From assembly GCA_036004405.1 (NCBI GenBank), contig DASYRM010000061.1:1053-65052 (forward strand): a stretch of DNA of 64,000 nt, read 5' to 3'. The notes under the pieces were generated by a model. The model did not search any database. It was given only the letters and a program-made list of their open reading frames with translations, and was not told the DNA's origin. The DNA comes from Vicinamibacterales bacterium. GTDB taxonomy: Bacteria > Acidobacteriota > Vicinamibacteria > Vicinamibacterales > UBA2999. Position 1 is the stretch's first letter. Each line of letters starts with the position of its first letter. This document shows, piece by piece, positions 54,269 to 63,575 of this stretch. The translations under genes were made by a program, and so were the position numbers.

Positions 54269-56080
54269 GTGTCCGCTCGCAAGCTGCCTCGCACCCGTGT
54301 CCTGTGGATTGCGGCCGGCGTGACTGTCGTCGTCCTTGGGGCGATGGTGGGGATTGCGCTTCGCAGCCGCACGGCGACGGTCCCCTTCTCCTCGTTCCTG
54401 CGCGACGTCCAGACCGATCGCGTGGCCGCGCTGACCGTCGATGGCGACGGCTTCACCTTCGAGCGGCGCGACGGCGCGACCACCGAAACGGTAGCGCCGC
54501 CGGGCTACATCGCCGCCAACCCCTCGTTCGTCCCGGCCCTCATCGAACGGGGAGTGCGCTTCGACGTCCGCCGCGCCGCGGCCCTCGACGCCCGCGGCTA
54601 CGGCGCGGTGGCGCTGACGCTGCTGGGCGGCCTGCTGGTGGGGCTGGTGCTCTTCCGGCAGCACTTCTCGGGCCGCGTGCCGACGTTCGAAAAGCTGCAG
54701 GCGATCGATGCCGAAGGCGTCACCGTGACCTTCAGCGACGTGGCCGGCGTGGACGAAGCCAAGGACGAGGTGCGCGAGATCGTGGACTTCCTCAAGCAGC
54801 CAGCGCGCTTCGCGTCCGTCGGCGGGCGCATCCCGCGGGGCATCCTGCTCGTGGGGCCGCCCGGCACGGGCAAGACGCTGCTCGCGCGATCGATGGCCGG
54901 CGAAGCGGGCGTGCCCTTCATCTCGGCCAGCGGATCCGATTTCGTGGAGATGTACGCCGGCGTCGGCGCGTCGCGCGTGCGCAAGCTCTTTCGCGAGGCG
55001 CGGCGCCACCCCGCGTGCATCATCTTCATCGACGAGCTCGACGCCGTGGGCCGCAACCGTGGCGGACACTCGCTCGGGCACGAGGAGCGCGAGCAGACGC
55101 TCAATCAACTGCTCGTCGAGATGGACGGGTTCTCGCGCTCCGACTCGATCGTCGTCGTGGCCGCCACCAATCGCGCCGACATCCTCGATTCGGCGCTGCT
55201 CCGGCCCGGACGCTTCGACCGGCAGGTCACGGTCGGCAATCCGGACCTGAAGGGGCGCGAGCAGATCCTCCGGGTGCACACGCGCGCCATCGCCCTCGAG
55301 CCCGACGTGGATCTGCGGGCCATCGCGCGCGGCACCCCAGGGTTCTCCGGCGCGGACCTGGCGAACCTCGTGAACGAAGCCGCGCTGCTGGCGGCACGCG
55401 GCGGCCGCGCCGCCGTGAGCCACGCGGATCTCGACGCCTCGCGCGACAAGGTCCTGATGGGCGTCGAACGCAAGTCGGTGGTGATGAGCGACCACGAGCG
55501 CGTCACCTGCGCCTACCACGAGGCGGGCCACGCAGTGGTGACCGCGCTCCTGCCCGACGCGGACCCGCTTCACAAGGTGACGATCATCCCGCGCGGCCGC
55601 GCTCTCGGCGTCACGATGCAGCTGCCGGAGGCCGATCGGCACAACCACTCGAGGCCGTTCATCGAGGCGCAGATTGCCATCCTGATGGCCGGCCGCGTGG
55701 CCGAAGAGGTGTGCCTCGGGCAGATGACGAGCGGGGCGTCGAACGACATCGAGCGCGCCACCGAGCTGGCCGCCAAGATGGTGTGCGAGCTCGGCATGTC
55801 GTCGCTCGGCCCCATCCACTTCCGCCGGCCGTCGAGCGCCGCCGAAGGCGACAGCCGCGCCGCCGGCTTCAGCGAAGACACCGCCCGCCGCGTGGACGAC
55901 GAGATCCGCGCGATGGTGATGCGCGGCTGCGAGACCGCCCGCGGCCTCGTCGAACGGGAGCGCGCCGCCGTCCGGGCGCTGGCGATGGAGCTCCTGGACG
56001 TCGAGTCGGTGGACGCCGATCGCATGAAGCAGATCCTCGCGCAGCATGTGCTGCCGCCGGCCAACCGCCCGGCCGCCTGA
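54269..56080 (+). CDS. ftsH: ATP-dependent zinc metalloprotease FtsH
   Basis: 2 TM; [37 protein letters not shown]; possibly a secondary paralogue. Confidence 0.93.
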   Translation: MSARKLPRTRVLWIAAGVTVVVLGAMVGIALRSRTATVPFSSFLRDVQTDRVAALTVDGDGFTFERRDGATTETVAPPGYIAANPSFVPALIERGVRFDVRRAAALDARGYGAVALTLLGGLLVGLVLFRQHFSGRVPTFEKLQAIDAEGVTVTFSDVAGVDEAKDEVREIVDFLKQPARFASVGGRIPRGILLVGPPGTGKTLLARSMAGEAGVPFISASGSDFVEMYAGVGASRVRKLFREARRHPACIIFIDELDAVGRNRGGHSLGHEEREQTLNQLLVEMDGFSRSDSIVVVAATNRADILDSALLRPGRFDRQVTVGNPDLKGREQILRVHTRAIALEPDVDLRAIARGTPGFSGADLANLVNEAALLAARGGRAAVSHADLDASRDKVLMGVERKSVVMSDHERVTCAYHEAGHAVVTALLPDADPLHKVTIIPRGRALGVTMQLPEADRHNHSRPFIEAQIAILMAGRVAEEVCLGQMTSGASNDIERATELAAKMVCELGMSSLGPIHFRRPSSAAEGDSRAAGFSEDTARRVDDEIRAMVMRGCETARGLVERERAAVRALAMELLDVESVDADRMKQILAQHVLPPANRPAA

Positions 56081-56137
56081 GGGCGCGCCGCCGTCCACGG
56101 AATCTGGTAGGCTCCTGACCATCTCGAGGTGGTCAGG

Positions 56138-57079
56138 ATGAGCTCTCGCACTTACTCCTCTTGGCGCCGCGCCGCCCTGCCCGCGTGCGCGGCCGTGTTC
56201 GCTCTGACGATGGTTGCCGGCCGGTCGGATCTGGCGGGACAAGGGCGCGGCGCCGGCGCCCCGGGAGCGCCCCGCACGGGCCGGCAGTTGGCGCCGGTGG
56301 ACATCACGGGCACGTGGGTGTCGGTCGTGACCGAGGACTGGCGCTGGCGCATGGTCACGCCGCCGAAGGGCGACGTCGCCAGCATCCCGGTAAACGGGGA
56401 GGGCCGCAAGGCCGCCGCGAGCTGGAATCCCGAGGCCGATGCCGCGGCCGGCAACGCGTGCAAGGCGTTTGGCGTCGGCGGCATCATGCGCGAGCCGGGG
56501 CGGCTGCGGATCTCTTGGCAGGACGACCAGACCCTCAAGTTCGAGTTCGACGCCGGCACCCAGACCCGGCTCCTCAACTTCGATGCGGCGAAGCAGCCTC
56601 CGGCGGAGCGCACGCTGCAGGGCTTCTCGAGGGCGCTGTGGGAGGGCCCTGGCGTGGGCGCGGGCCCGGTCGGTGATGGTCGTCCCGACACGCGGGTGAC
56701 CGGTGGCGGGCTGCTCTCGCGCGAACTGCCCGGCGGCGGAGGCCAGGGGCTGCGCGGCGGACCGCCGCCGAGGCAGCAGGCGCAGATCAACCGCGGCGGC
56801 GATCTGCGCGTGGTGACGACCGGTTTCCGCGACGGCTACCTGCGGAAGAACGGCGTCCCGTACAGCGAGCAGGCCACCATCACCGAATACATCCACCGCC
56901 TGCCGACGCACCCCAACGGCGACAACTGGCTGCACGTGGTGACCGTGGTGGAGGACCCGCGCTACCTGGCGCAGCCGTTCTACACCAGCACCTCGTTCCG
57001 GCTCGAGCCGAACGACGCCAACTTCAAGCCGACACCGTGCGCGACGCCAGCGCCGCTGCCGGTGAAGACGTCACGCTGA
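56138..57079 (+). CDS. Secreted hypothetical protein, distant relative of 34747-35667
   Basis: DITGTW, C, QGFS.A.W, L.V.T.GF, GVPYSE, VEDP.YL..P. Confidence 0.75.
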   Translation: MSSRTYSSWRRAALPACAAVFALTMVAGRSDLAGQGRGAGAPGAPRTGRQLAPVDITGTWVSVVTEDWRWRMVTPPKGDVASIPVNGEGRKAAASWNPEADAAAGNACKAFGVGGIMREPGRLRISWQDDQTLKFEFDAGTQTRLLNFDAAKQPPAERTLQGFSRALWEGPGVGAGPVGDGRPDTRVTGGGLLSRELPGGGGQGLRGGPPPRQQAQINRGGDLRVVTTGFRDGYLRKNGVPYSEQATITEYIHRLPTHPNGDNWLHVVTVVEDPRYLAQPFYTSTSFRLEPNDANFKPTPCATPAPLPVKTSR

Positions 57080-57189
57080 GGCCGGTGCATCGCGCGGTCG
57101 CAGGCGATCCACTCGCGCAGGCGCAGGAGGAACCGTGCTGCCGCGTGCGCACCAGCCCGGGTTGTCCCATTCGTCAGGCCGCGCACCGC

Positions 57190-57216
57190 TAAACCCGATC
57201 CAAACCTCGCCGATAC
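57190..57216 (+). promoter_or_regulatory. Putative sigma28 (FliA-type) promoter
   Basis: TAAA-N15-GCCGATAC. Confidence 0.65.
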
Positions 57217-57261
57217 CAGCTGAGGGGGGCTCGCCTGCACTCGCTGTCAGAGTGCGCAGCT

Positions 57262-59283
57262 ATGGACTCGGGACTGCGGCCGCCGGACCGTGATCTACTC
57301 GCACAGCGTCTGACGCGCTCGATCGAGCGCGCCCGCCGCTATCCCGGCTTTCACTACGCAATCCTGAGCATCGACCTCGGCCTCGGCGCCGGCGGTGACG
57401 CCGTGCTGTCGGCCGACGACGAGGCGGTGCTGGCGGCCGCCGTGCGGCGGCTCGAAGCCTGTCTGCGCGTGAGCGATCTGCCGCCCACCTTGCGCCACGG
57501 CGATCTGGTCGTGCACGTGCACGACGCCGAAGTCGCCGTCCTCCTCGACGGTCTGAAGGAGGTGGGGCACGCGGTCATCGCTGCCGAGCGCATCCTGGCC
57601 GAGCTCTGGCTGCCGTTTGGCCACCCCGCCGGCGAGGTGCGCCTGTCCGCCAGCATCGGCATCGCGGTCAGCGCCTCCGGCTACGAGCGGCCCGAGGACG
57701 CGCTGCGGGACGCCGACATGGCGATGCAGCGCGCCAGGCATCTGGGCGGTGGCTGCTGCGAGGTCTTCGACCGCGCCGCGCTGCAGGCGGCGCAGACCGA
57801 GCTGCGCCTCGAAGCCGACTTTGCCGGTGCCCTCGAGCGCGGCGAATTCGCGCTCGTCTACCAGCCGATCGCCTCGCTGGCCTCCAATCGCATTGCCGGC
57901 TTCGAAGCGCTCGTACGGTGGAATCATCCGGGCCTCGGCCTGATCGCGCCGCTGGAGTTCATCCCGCTCGCCGAGAAGACGGGCTTCATCGTGCCGCTCG
58001 GGGCGTGGGTGCTGCGCGAGGCCTGCCGTCAGCTCAAGACGTGGCAGAGCACGATCCCTGGCTCGGCCGATCTGTGGATGTCGGTCAACCTGTCGAGCCT
58101 GCAGTTCCGCAGCGCCACGCTCGTTGACGACATCACCCAGGTACTGACCGACTGCGGCATCGAGGCACGCAGCCTGGTGCTCGAGCTCACCGAAGGCATC
58201 GCGATGGAGAACCCGGTCGCGGTCCGCGCGCTGCTGCTGCAGCTGCGCGCCATCGGCGTGCGCGTGAGCGTGGACGACTTCGGCACCGGGCATTCCTCGC
58301 TGGCGTATCTGCGGCAGTTCCCGCTGCACTCGCTCAAGGTCGATCGGTCCTTCGTTCGTGGCATCGAAGGCAACCGCGACATGGCGAGCATCGTGAGCGC
58401 CGTCACCACGATGGCGCAGCAGCTGGGGCTGCGCGTGGTGGCCGAGGGGATCGAGAAGGAAGAGCAGCTGGGGCTGCTGCGCGCGCTCGGGTGCGAATTC
58501 GGCCAGGGCTATCTGTTCTCGCGCCCGATCGACCCCGAGGCCGCGGCGTCGCTGCTCACCGCGGGCCTGCCGGCCCGGCAGGGCGCGCCGCTCGGCGACG
58601 CGGCGGCCGCGATGCTCGCGTCGCTCGCGCCGGCCCCGCACCTGGCCTCGCGCCAACGCCGGACCACGGCGATCCGCTGGCTGTATGTTGCCGCCGCGGC
58701 CGTCATTCTGCCCCTCGCCGCCGGGCTGCCGGGCCAGTTCCGCAACGCGGGGTCGACCGGAGACCCGGCGACGGCGGTGGCCTCCGGCGCGGCGCTCACG
58801 AGAGACGTCCCCTTGCCCGCGCCGCCGCTCGCCGAGGTGGCTGCACCGCTGCCCCCCACACGGTCGGCGGTGCCCTCCTCTGCGCGTGTGGCCGTGCCCT
58901 CCGCAGGTCCGGCGGTGCCCGCCGCAGGGCCGGCCGTGGCGGTCGCCCGGAAAGACACGGCAGCTCCGGCGGTTCCAGGAATCAGCGCGGCCGTGACGCC
59001 GGTGTCGGTCACCTCGCTGCGTGTCGTCCACCAGCATCGCCTCGGCAGCTGTCGCGGGCAGTTCGTGGTCAGCCGGGACGGCGTGGCCTACATTCCCGAA
59101 GACGCCACGCAGGGGAAAGACGGCTTCCGCTTGAAGTACACCGAGTTCCTCAACGAGTGGAGCGGCGACAACCTGCGCATCACCTCGAATCAGCGCGACT
59201 ACCGGTTCCGCGTCGCCGAACCATCGGCCCACGAACACGAACAGCTCGAGCGCGTCGCGGCGGCGATCGCGCGCTTCCGCTGA
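57262..59283 (+). CDS. c-di-GMP phosphodiesterase: degenerate GGDEF + EAL + TM + Pro/Ala linker + C-terminal beta domain
   Basis: GGDEF site reads HDAEV; YQP, FEALVRW, VN, ELTE, DDFGTGHSS, KVD, AEGIE, QG intact; TM WLYVAAAAVILPLAA. Confidence 0.88.
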   Translation: MDSGLRPPDRDLLAQRLTRSIERARRYPGFHYAILSIDLGLGAGGDAVLSADDEAVLAAAVRRLEACLRVSDLPPTLRHGDLVVHVHDAEVAVLLDGLKEVGHAVIAAERILAELWLPFGHPAGEVRLSASIGIAVSASGYERPEDALRDADMAMQRARHLGGGCCEVFDRAALQAAQTELRLEADFAGALERGEFALVYQPIASLASNRIAGFEALVRWNHPGLGLIAPLEFIPLAEKTGFIVPLGAWVLREACRQLKTWQSTIPGSADLWMSVNLSSLQFRSATLVDDITQVLTDCGIEARSLVLELTEGIAMENPVAVRALLLQLRAIGVRVSVDDFGTGHSSLAYLRQFPLHSLKVDRSFVRGIEGNRDMASIVSAVTTMAQQLGLRVVAEGIEKEEQLGLLRALGCEFGQGYLFSRPIDPEAAASLLTAGLPARQGAPLGDAAAAMLASLAPAPHLASRQRRTTAIRWLYVAAAAVILPLAAGLPGQFRNAGSTGDPATAVASGAALTRDVPLPAPPLAEVAAPLPPTRSAVPSSARVAVPSAGPAVPAAGPAVAVARKDTAAPAVPGISAAVTPVSVTSLRVVHQHRLGSCRGQFVVSRDGVAYIPEDATQGKDGFRLKYTEFLNEWSGDNLRITSNQRDYRFRVAEPSAHEHEQLERVAAAIARFR

Positions 59284-59311
59284 ACACGCCAGGCGTTGGT
59301 CGGCCGGCTAC

Positions 59312-59373
59312 GGGCCGCCTGAAGGCGGCCCCCACTTTGGCTGGTCCATGGGCCGCCTGAAGGCGGCCCCTAC
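59312..59373 (-). repeat. Two tandem GTAG/GTGG REP copies (38-bp period)
   Basis: GGGCCGCCTGAAGGCGGCCCCYAC TTTGGC twice. Confidence 0.88.
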
Positions 59374-59915
59374 TTTGGCGTGCACGTCAGCAGCACGCCT
59401 GGTTCGCCGACGCAGTCGCCGGGGCGGTAGAACGTCAGCATCCGCCCGCAGACGATCACCGTCATCCAGGCGGTCAACGACACCAGCGCAATGACCTTGG
59501 CCCGCCGGGGCGCGTCGAGCGACGGCGAAGCGCCAAACACCTGCCGGTACGACGTGGCGTAGAAAAGGCCCGCGTTCACACCGGCAATGCCCAGGGCCAC
59601 TACCTTGAAGTGAAACGACGGGTTGTAGATGTACTGATCGGGCTCCGTCAGCAGGAACAGCAGACCGGTCGAGACGTTGATCGCAAACCCGAGGAGACCC
59701 CACGGAATCAGACGGTGCATCGCCGCGATCGGCACGCGGCGGGCGACGCCGAGCAGCCGCAGGTCGAAGGTGCCGATCGCGCCGACGAGCAGGCAGAGGC
59801 CGAGAAAGTGCAGGCTCTCCGCAATCGGCCAGGCCCAGTGCGTCCGCATGAGGGTGGCCACCGGCGAATGCTGTTCGATGGCGGCGACGAGCCAGATCTG
59901 CCCGGCGTGCAGCAT
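59370..59915 (-). CDS. DUF6644-like membrane protein
   Basis: WPIAESLHFLG, DLRLLG, TG, Y.YNP.F.FK, W..V...GR. Confidence 0.82.
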   Translation of the reverse strand: MLHAGQIWLVAAIEQHSPVATLMRTHWAWPIAESLHFLGLCLLVGAIGTFDLRLLGVARRVPIAAMHRLIPWGLLGFAINVSTGLLFLLTEPDQYIYNPSFHFKVVALGIAGVNAGLFYATSYRQVFGASPSLDAPRRAKVIALVSLTAWMTVIVCGRMLTFYRPGDCVGEPGVLLTCTPK

Positions 59916-60412
59916 CAGGCCCTCAGCCGGTGGTAGGTGTAGGCGAGGAGCCGGCCGGCGGTGATGGCGCCGCTCCAGCACACGAGCGACGTGATGGCCA
60001 GCCGTCGCAGCGACCGCGCCGCCGCCGGTGTGGCCGCCGCACCCGAGCGAACGATCCGGTCGATGCGGACGAAGAGCACCATGGCCACCGCGATCAGCAG
60101 CAGCTTCAGATAGAAGACCGGGTTGGTCAGCGCCTTGGTGGGGTAGCCGACGAGCAGCAGCACGCCCGACACGGCGTTCAACCAGAACCCGCCCCAGAGC
60201 ACCGGTTGGAAGCGGCGGAACTCGACGAGCGGCACGCCCCGCGCCACGCCGAGGATTCGCAGGTCGAGCACCGCCGCCAGACCGGCCGCCAGCCCCATGC
60301 CGATGGCGTGCAGCGCGAGGATGCCGGGGAAGGCCAGCAGCGACGGGGAGCCGACCACCCATTCGCTGAGGGCGGTGGACTCGAGCCAGACGAGAAACGG
60401 GTCGATCGACAT
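59915..60412 (-). CDS. DUF6644-like membrane protein (paralogue)
   Basis: FP.IL.LH.IG, DLRILG, SG, NPVFYLK, W...I.AGRLLAY; stop overlaps next start. Confidence 0.82.
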   Translation of the reverse strand: MSIDPFLVWLESTALSEWVVGSPSLLAFPGILALHAIGMGLAAGLAAVLDLRILGVARGVPLVEFRRFQPVLWGGFWLNAVSGVLLLVGYPTKALTNPVFYLKLLLIAVAMVLFVRIDRIVRSGAAATPAAARSLRRLAITSLVCWSGAITAGRLLAYTYHRLRA

Positions 60413-60442
60413 GCCGCCGCGGCCGAGGATGCCGAGCGAAGA

Positions 60443-60460
60443 TTACCGCTTTGTTACCGC
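60443..60460. promoter_or_regulatory. Direct repeat TTACCGC-N4-TTACCGC, candidate OmpR-family box
   Basis: 11-bp period between the divergent DUF6644-like pair and HK/RR operon. Confidence 0.55.
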
Positions 60461-60516
60461 CGAGGCGAGCGCCGCCAATTGAATCCCCGTCGCGACGCTG
60501 CCACACTTCGAGCCGC

Positions 60517-62025
60517 GTGACCTCGCGGCTCTTCGCGCTCCTCGTGCTCCTCACTCTGGTGCCCGCCGCGTTCGTGCTGTGGTTCATGAACGCCGCGGTG
60601 ACCGCCGAGCGCGAGTCGGCGCAGCAACGGGTGCGGGAAGCGTATCGCGGGCAGCTGCGTCTGGTGCGCGCGCGTCTCGATCCGCTCTGGCGTGCCCATG
60701 CGGCGCGGCTGTCGGCCGCTGGTGCCCCCACCGACCGTTTCGAAGAGCTGGTGACCGGGGGCCTCGCCGAGGGCGTCGTCGTGCTCGACGCCAGCGGCAA
60801 CGTGCGGTTTCCCGACCGGGAGGCGCGCCGCCGGCTGCAGCAGATGGACGACCTGCGCGCCCGCGACCGCAACGTGTTCCTGCCGACACAGGCGGCGTTG
60901 CGGCTGTCGGTCGATCTCGTGGACGCCGAGCGTGTGTCGCCGCTGCCGGGGACGCTCCGGGAGACGTCGATCGCCGGCGTGTGGGCGCTCTCGTCCGACG
61001 ACGGCCGCGTCGTGGCGCTCTATCGCACCGGGCGGCTCGAGGAGATGATGCACGACTTCCTCCACCAGGTGGAGACCCCTGGCGTGGCCTTCATTGCCTT
61101 TCCCCCGGACGAGCCCCCGGAGCCCGCCGACAGCGAAGCGATCGCCGCCGGTTCTTGGCTGCCAGGCTGGCAGCTCTCGTACGTGCCGCTCGACGGCGAT
61201 GCGCGCGCGGCCGACGCCGCCCGCCGGCGCACGTTCTACATCGCGGCGGCGCTGACCGGCATCGTGCTGATCGTGCTCGCCGGCCTCGCCGTGACCGCCG
61301 GCGTGCGGCGGCATCTGCGGCTGGCGCGGCTGAAAACCGATCTGGTGGCGGCGGCGTCGCACGAGCTGCGCACCCCGCTGGCGTCGACCGCCGTGCTCGT
61401 GGATGGCCTGCTGGCCGATGCGCACCCCGACCCGATCAAGATGCGCGAGTACCTGCAGCTCATCGCCGCCGAGAACACGCGGCTGAGCCGTGTGGTCGAG
61501 AACTTCCTCACCTTCGCGCGCGCGGATCGCGGCGCCGTGCGCCTGACGTTCGGCCCGGTCGATCCGGCCTCGGTGATCCGCGCCGCGATCGACAGCGTCG
61601 GCGCGCGTGTGCCAGGCGACGGAGCGCTCCGCGTGGAGGTGTCTCCGGATCTGCCGCGGTTGCTCGCCGATTCCGAGGCGCTGCGCGGGGCGCTCGTGAA
61701 CCTGATCGACAACGCCCTGAAATACACCACCGCCGAGAAGCGCATCGTCGTGCGGGCGCGGGCCGACGGTGCCGATCACGTCCGGTTCGAAGTGGCGGAC
61801 AACGGCATCGGGATCCCGCGCCGCGAGCAGCGGCGCATCTTCCGCCGCTTCCACCGCGTGGACACCCGTCTGGCCGGCACGACGACCGGTGTGGGACTGG
61901 GGCTGAGCATCGTGGACGCGATTGCGCGCGCGCACGGCGGCAGCGTGTCGGTGCACAGTGCACCGGGCGCCGGCAGCACGTTTGCGCTCCGCCTGCCGTG
62001 CCTGCCGCCAGGGGCGGTGGCATGA
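60517..62025 (+). CDS. Membrane sensor histidine kinase
   Basis: 2 TM; SHELRTPL, NLIDNALKY, DNGIGI, GVGLGL. Confidence 0.92.
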   Translation: MTSRLFALLVLLTLVPAAFVLWFMNAAVTAERESAQQRVREAYRGQLRLVRARLDPLWRAHAARLSAAGAPTDRFEELVTGGLAEGVVVLDASGNVRFPDREARRRLQQMDDLRARDRNVFLPTQAALRLSVDLVDAERVSPLPGTLRETSIAGVWALSSDDGRVVALYRTGRLEEMMHDFLHQVETPGVAFIAFPPDEPPEPADSEAIAAGSWLPGWQLSYVPLDGDARAADAARRRTFYIAAALTGIVLIVLAGLAVTAGVRRHLRLARLKTDLVAAASHELRTPLASTAVLVDGLLADAHPDPIKMREYLQLIAAENTRLSRVVENFLTFARADRGAVRLTFGPVDPASVIRAAIDSVGARVPGDGALRVEVSPDLPRLLADSEALRGALVNLIDNALKYTTAEKRIVVRARADGADHVRFEVADNGIGIPRREQRRIFRRFHRVDTRLAGTTTGVGLGLSIVDAIARAHGGSVSVHSAPGAGSTFALRLPCLPPGAVA

Positions 62026-62711
62026 GCCGCCCGCGCGTGCTGCTCATCGAAGACGAGCCGGCGCTCGTTCGCGGCGTGTCCGACCTGCTCGCCGCCAACG
62101 GCCTTCACGTGCAGGTGGCCACCGACGGCCAGGCCGGTCTCGACGCGGCGCTCGCCGCGGGCGCCGACGTGGTGCTGCTGGATCTCATGCTGCCCGGCGT
62201 CAACGGCTACGAAATCTGCCGCGCGGTCCGGCACCATGGGCTCGACGTGCCGATCCTGATGCTCACGGCCAAGGGGCAGGAGGAAGACGTCGTGCTCGGC
62301 CTCAACCTTGGCGCCGACGATTACTTGATCAAACCCTTCCGGCCGGCCGAACTGCTCGCCCGGGTGCGCGCGCTGCTGCGCCGCCGTCGCACCCCCGCGG
62401 CGGTGTGCCAGTTCGGCGACTGCGAAATCGACCTGGCTGCGCGCCGGGTGCGGCGGCAGGGAAGGGAGGTCGCGCTCACGGCCAAGGAGTATGCGCTCCT
62501 GGCGTTCTTTGCCGGCCACTCCGGACGCGCGCTGCCGCGCGATCTGATCCTCGACGCCGTCTGGGGCAGCTCGGTGTTCGTCACGCCGCGCAGCATCGAT
62601 CGCTGCGTGACCACGCTGCGTGCCAAGGTCGAGCCGAATCCCCGCGAGCCGATCTACATCCAGACCGTACGCGACATCGGCTACCGGTTCGAACCCGGTG
62701 GCGACGGCTGA
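62022..62711 (+). CDS. OmpR/PhoB-family response regulator
   Basis: LLIEDE, DLMLP, MLTA, KPF, winged helix with TVRDIGYRF; ATGA coupled. Confidence 0.93.
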   Translation: MSRPRVLLIEDEPALVRGVSDLLAANGLHVQVATDGQAGLDAALAAGADVVLLDLMLPGVNGYEICRAVRHHGLDVPILMLTAKGQEEDVVLGLNLGADDYLIKPFRPAELLARVRALLRRRRTPAAVCQFGDCEIDLAARRVRRQGREVALTAKEYALLAFFAGHSGRALPRDLILDAVWGSSVFVTPRSIDRCVTTLRAKVEPNPREPIYIQTVRDIGYRFEPGGDG

Positions 62712-62714
62712 GCG

Positions 62715-63575
62715 CTAGAGCAGCACGAGCAGCAACAGGCCGACGAGGGCGGCGCCGGCCGGCAGGCGCGACCACAGCGTGAAAGGCCGCCGCACGGGCG
62801 GCGGCACGTGCGCCTCCCGCACCAGACGCGCCACGTCGTCGTTGCCGTAGATCCGGCCGTCCATGTCCATGGCCACCGTGCGCCCGGCGCGCACGGCGGC
62901 AATCACGCCCGCGGCGCTGCGCTCGTGCGCCAGCACCAGCGTGCGGCAGATGCCCGGTAAGAGCCCGGTGTGATAGTCGGACGATCCGATGGTCGCGATA
63001 TCGGGATGAAGCGCGGCCGCCCGTGTGGCAAAGATGGCAAAGTCCGCCCCGTCCTCGGGACGGCGCATGCTGGGATGGGCCCGCTCGTAGCCATCGAGCA
63101 GCGCCACCGATTCGTCGTCCCATCCCTGCCAGTAGTCGCGGCTCGGGTGCGCGGCAATGGCCACGCCGCCCTCGGCGTGCACGGCGCGGATGGCGGCGGC
63201 CGCGCCGTGAGTCCACGCCACGCGCTCTTCAATGCCCGCGGCCGCGATGTGGAACCCGCGCGCGGTGATCTCCTGGCCGACGATGACGATCGGTCCTGGT
63301 GTACCGGCGCTGAGGCGGCGCGCCCTGCGGGCCGTGGAGACACGATTGTGGTTGGTCAGCACGAAGGCATCGAGCCCGGCCCGCGCCGCCTCGTCGCGCA
63401 GGAGCCACGGCGCCAGCGCTCCATCGCCGGGGAACCCGTGCACGTGAAAGTCCACCGCGAGAATCCAGTCGGCGCCGGCGCGGACGGGCTCGTGGAGAGG
63501 CGCCCGCGGTGCGAGACTCCCGGCCGCGAGGCTCGCAGCGACGACGGCGGCCGCCGCCCAGGGGACGCGGCTCAC
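62715..63575 (-). CDS. PHP-domain (CehA/McbA-like) metallohydrolase
   Basis: DFHVH, DG, TNHN, GQEIT, H, AAHP, GSSDYH; C-terminal TM. Confidence 0.85.
   Translation of the reverse strand: MSRVPWAAAAVVAASLAAGSLAPRAPLHEPVRAGADWILAVDFHVHGFPGDGALAPWLLRDEAARAGLDAFVLTNHNRVSTARRARRLSAGTPGPIVIVGQEITARGFHIAAAGIEERVAWTHGAAAAIRAVHAEGGVAIAAHPSRDYWQGWDDESVALLDGYERAHPSMRRPEDGADFAIFATRAAALHPDIATIGSSDYHTGLLPGICRTLVLAHERSAAGVIAAVRAGRTVAMDMDGRIYGNDDVARLVREAHVPPPVRRPFTLWSRLPAGAALVGLLLLVLL

Noticed and set aside
54095-56935. 946-aa minus-strand ORF
   Set aside because: Antisense shadow of ftsH and the next gene
59312-59373. Two 24-bp palindromic repeats resembling a mini-CRISPR
   Set aside because: Only a 14-bp spacer, same sequence dispersed singly elsewhere, no cas genes: these are REPs
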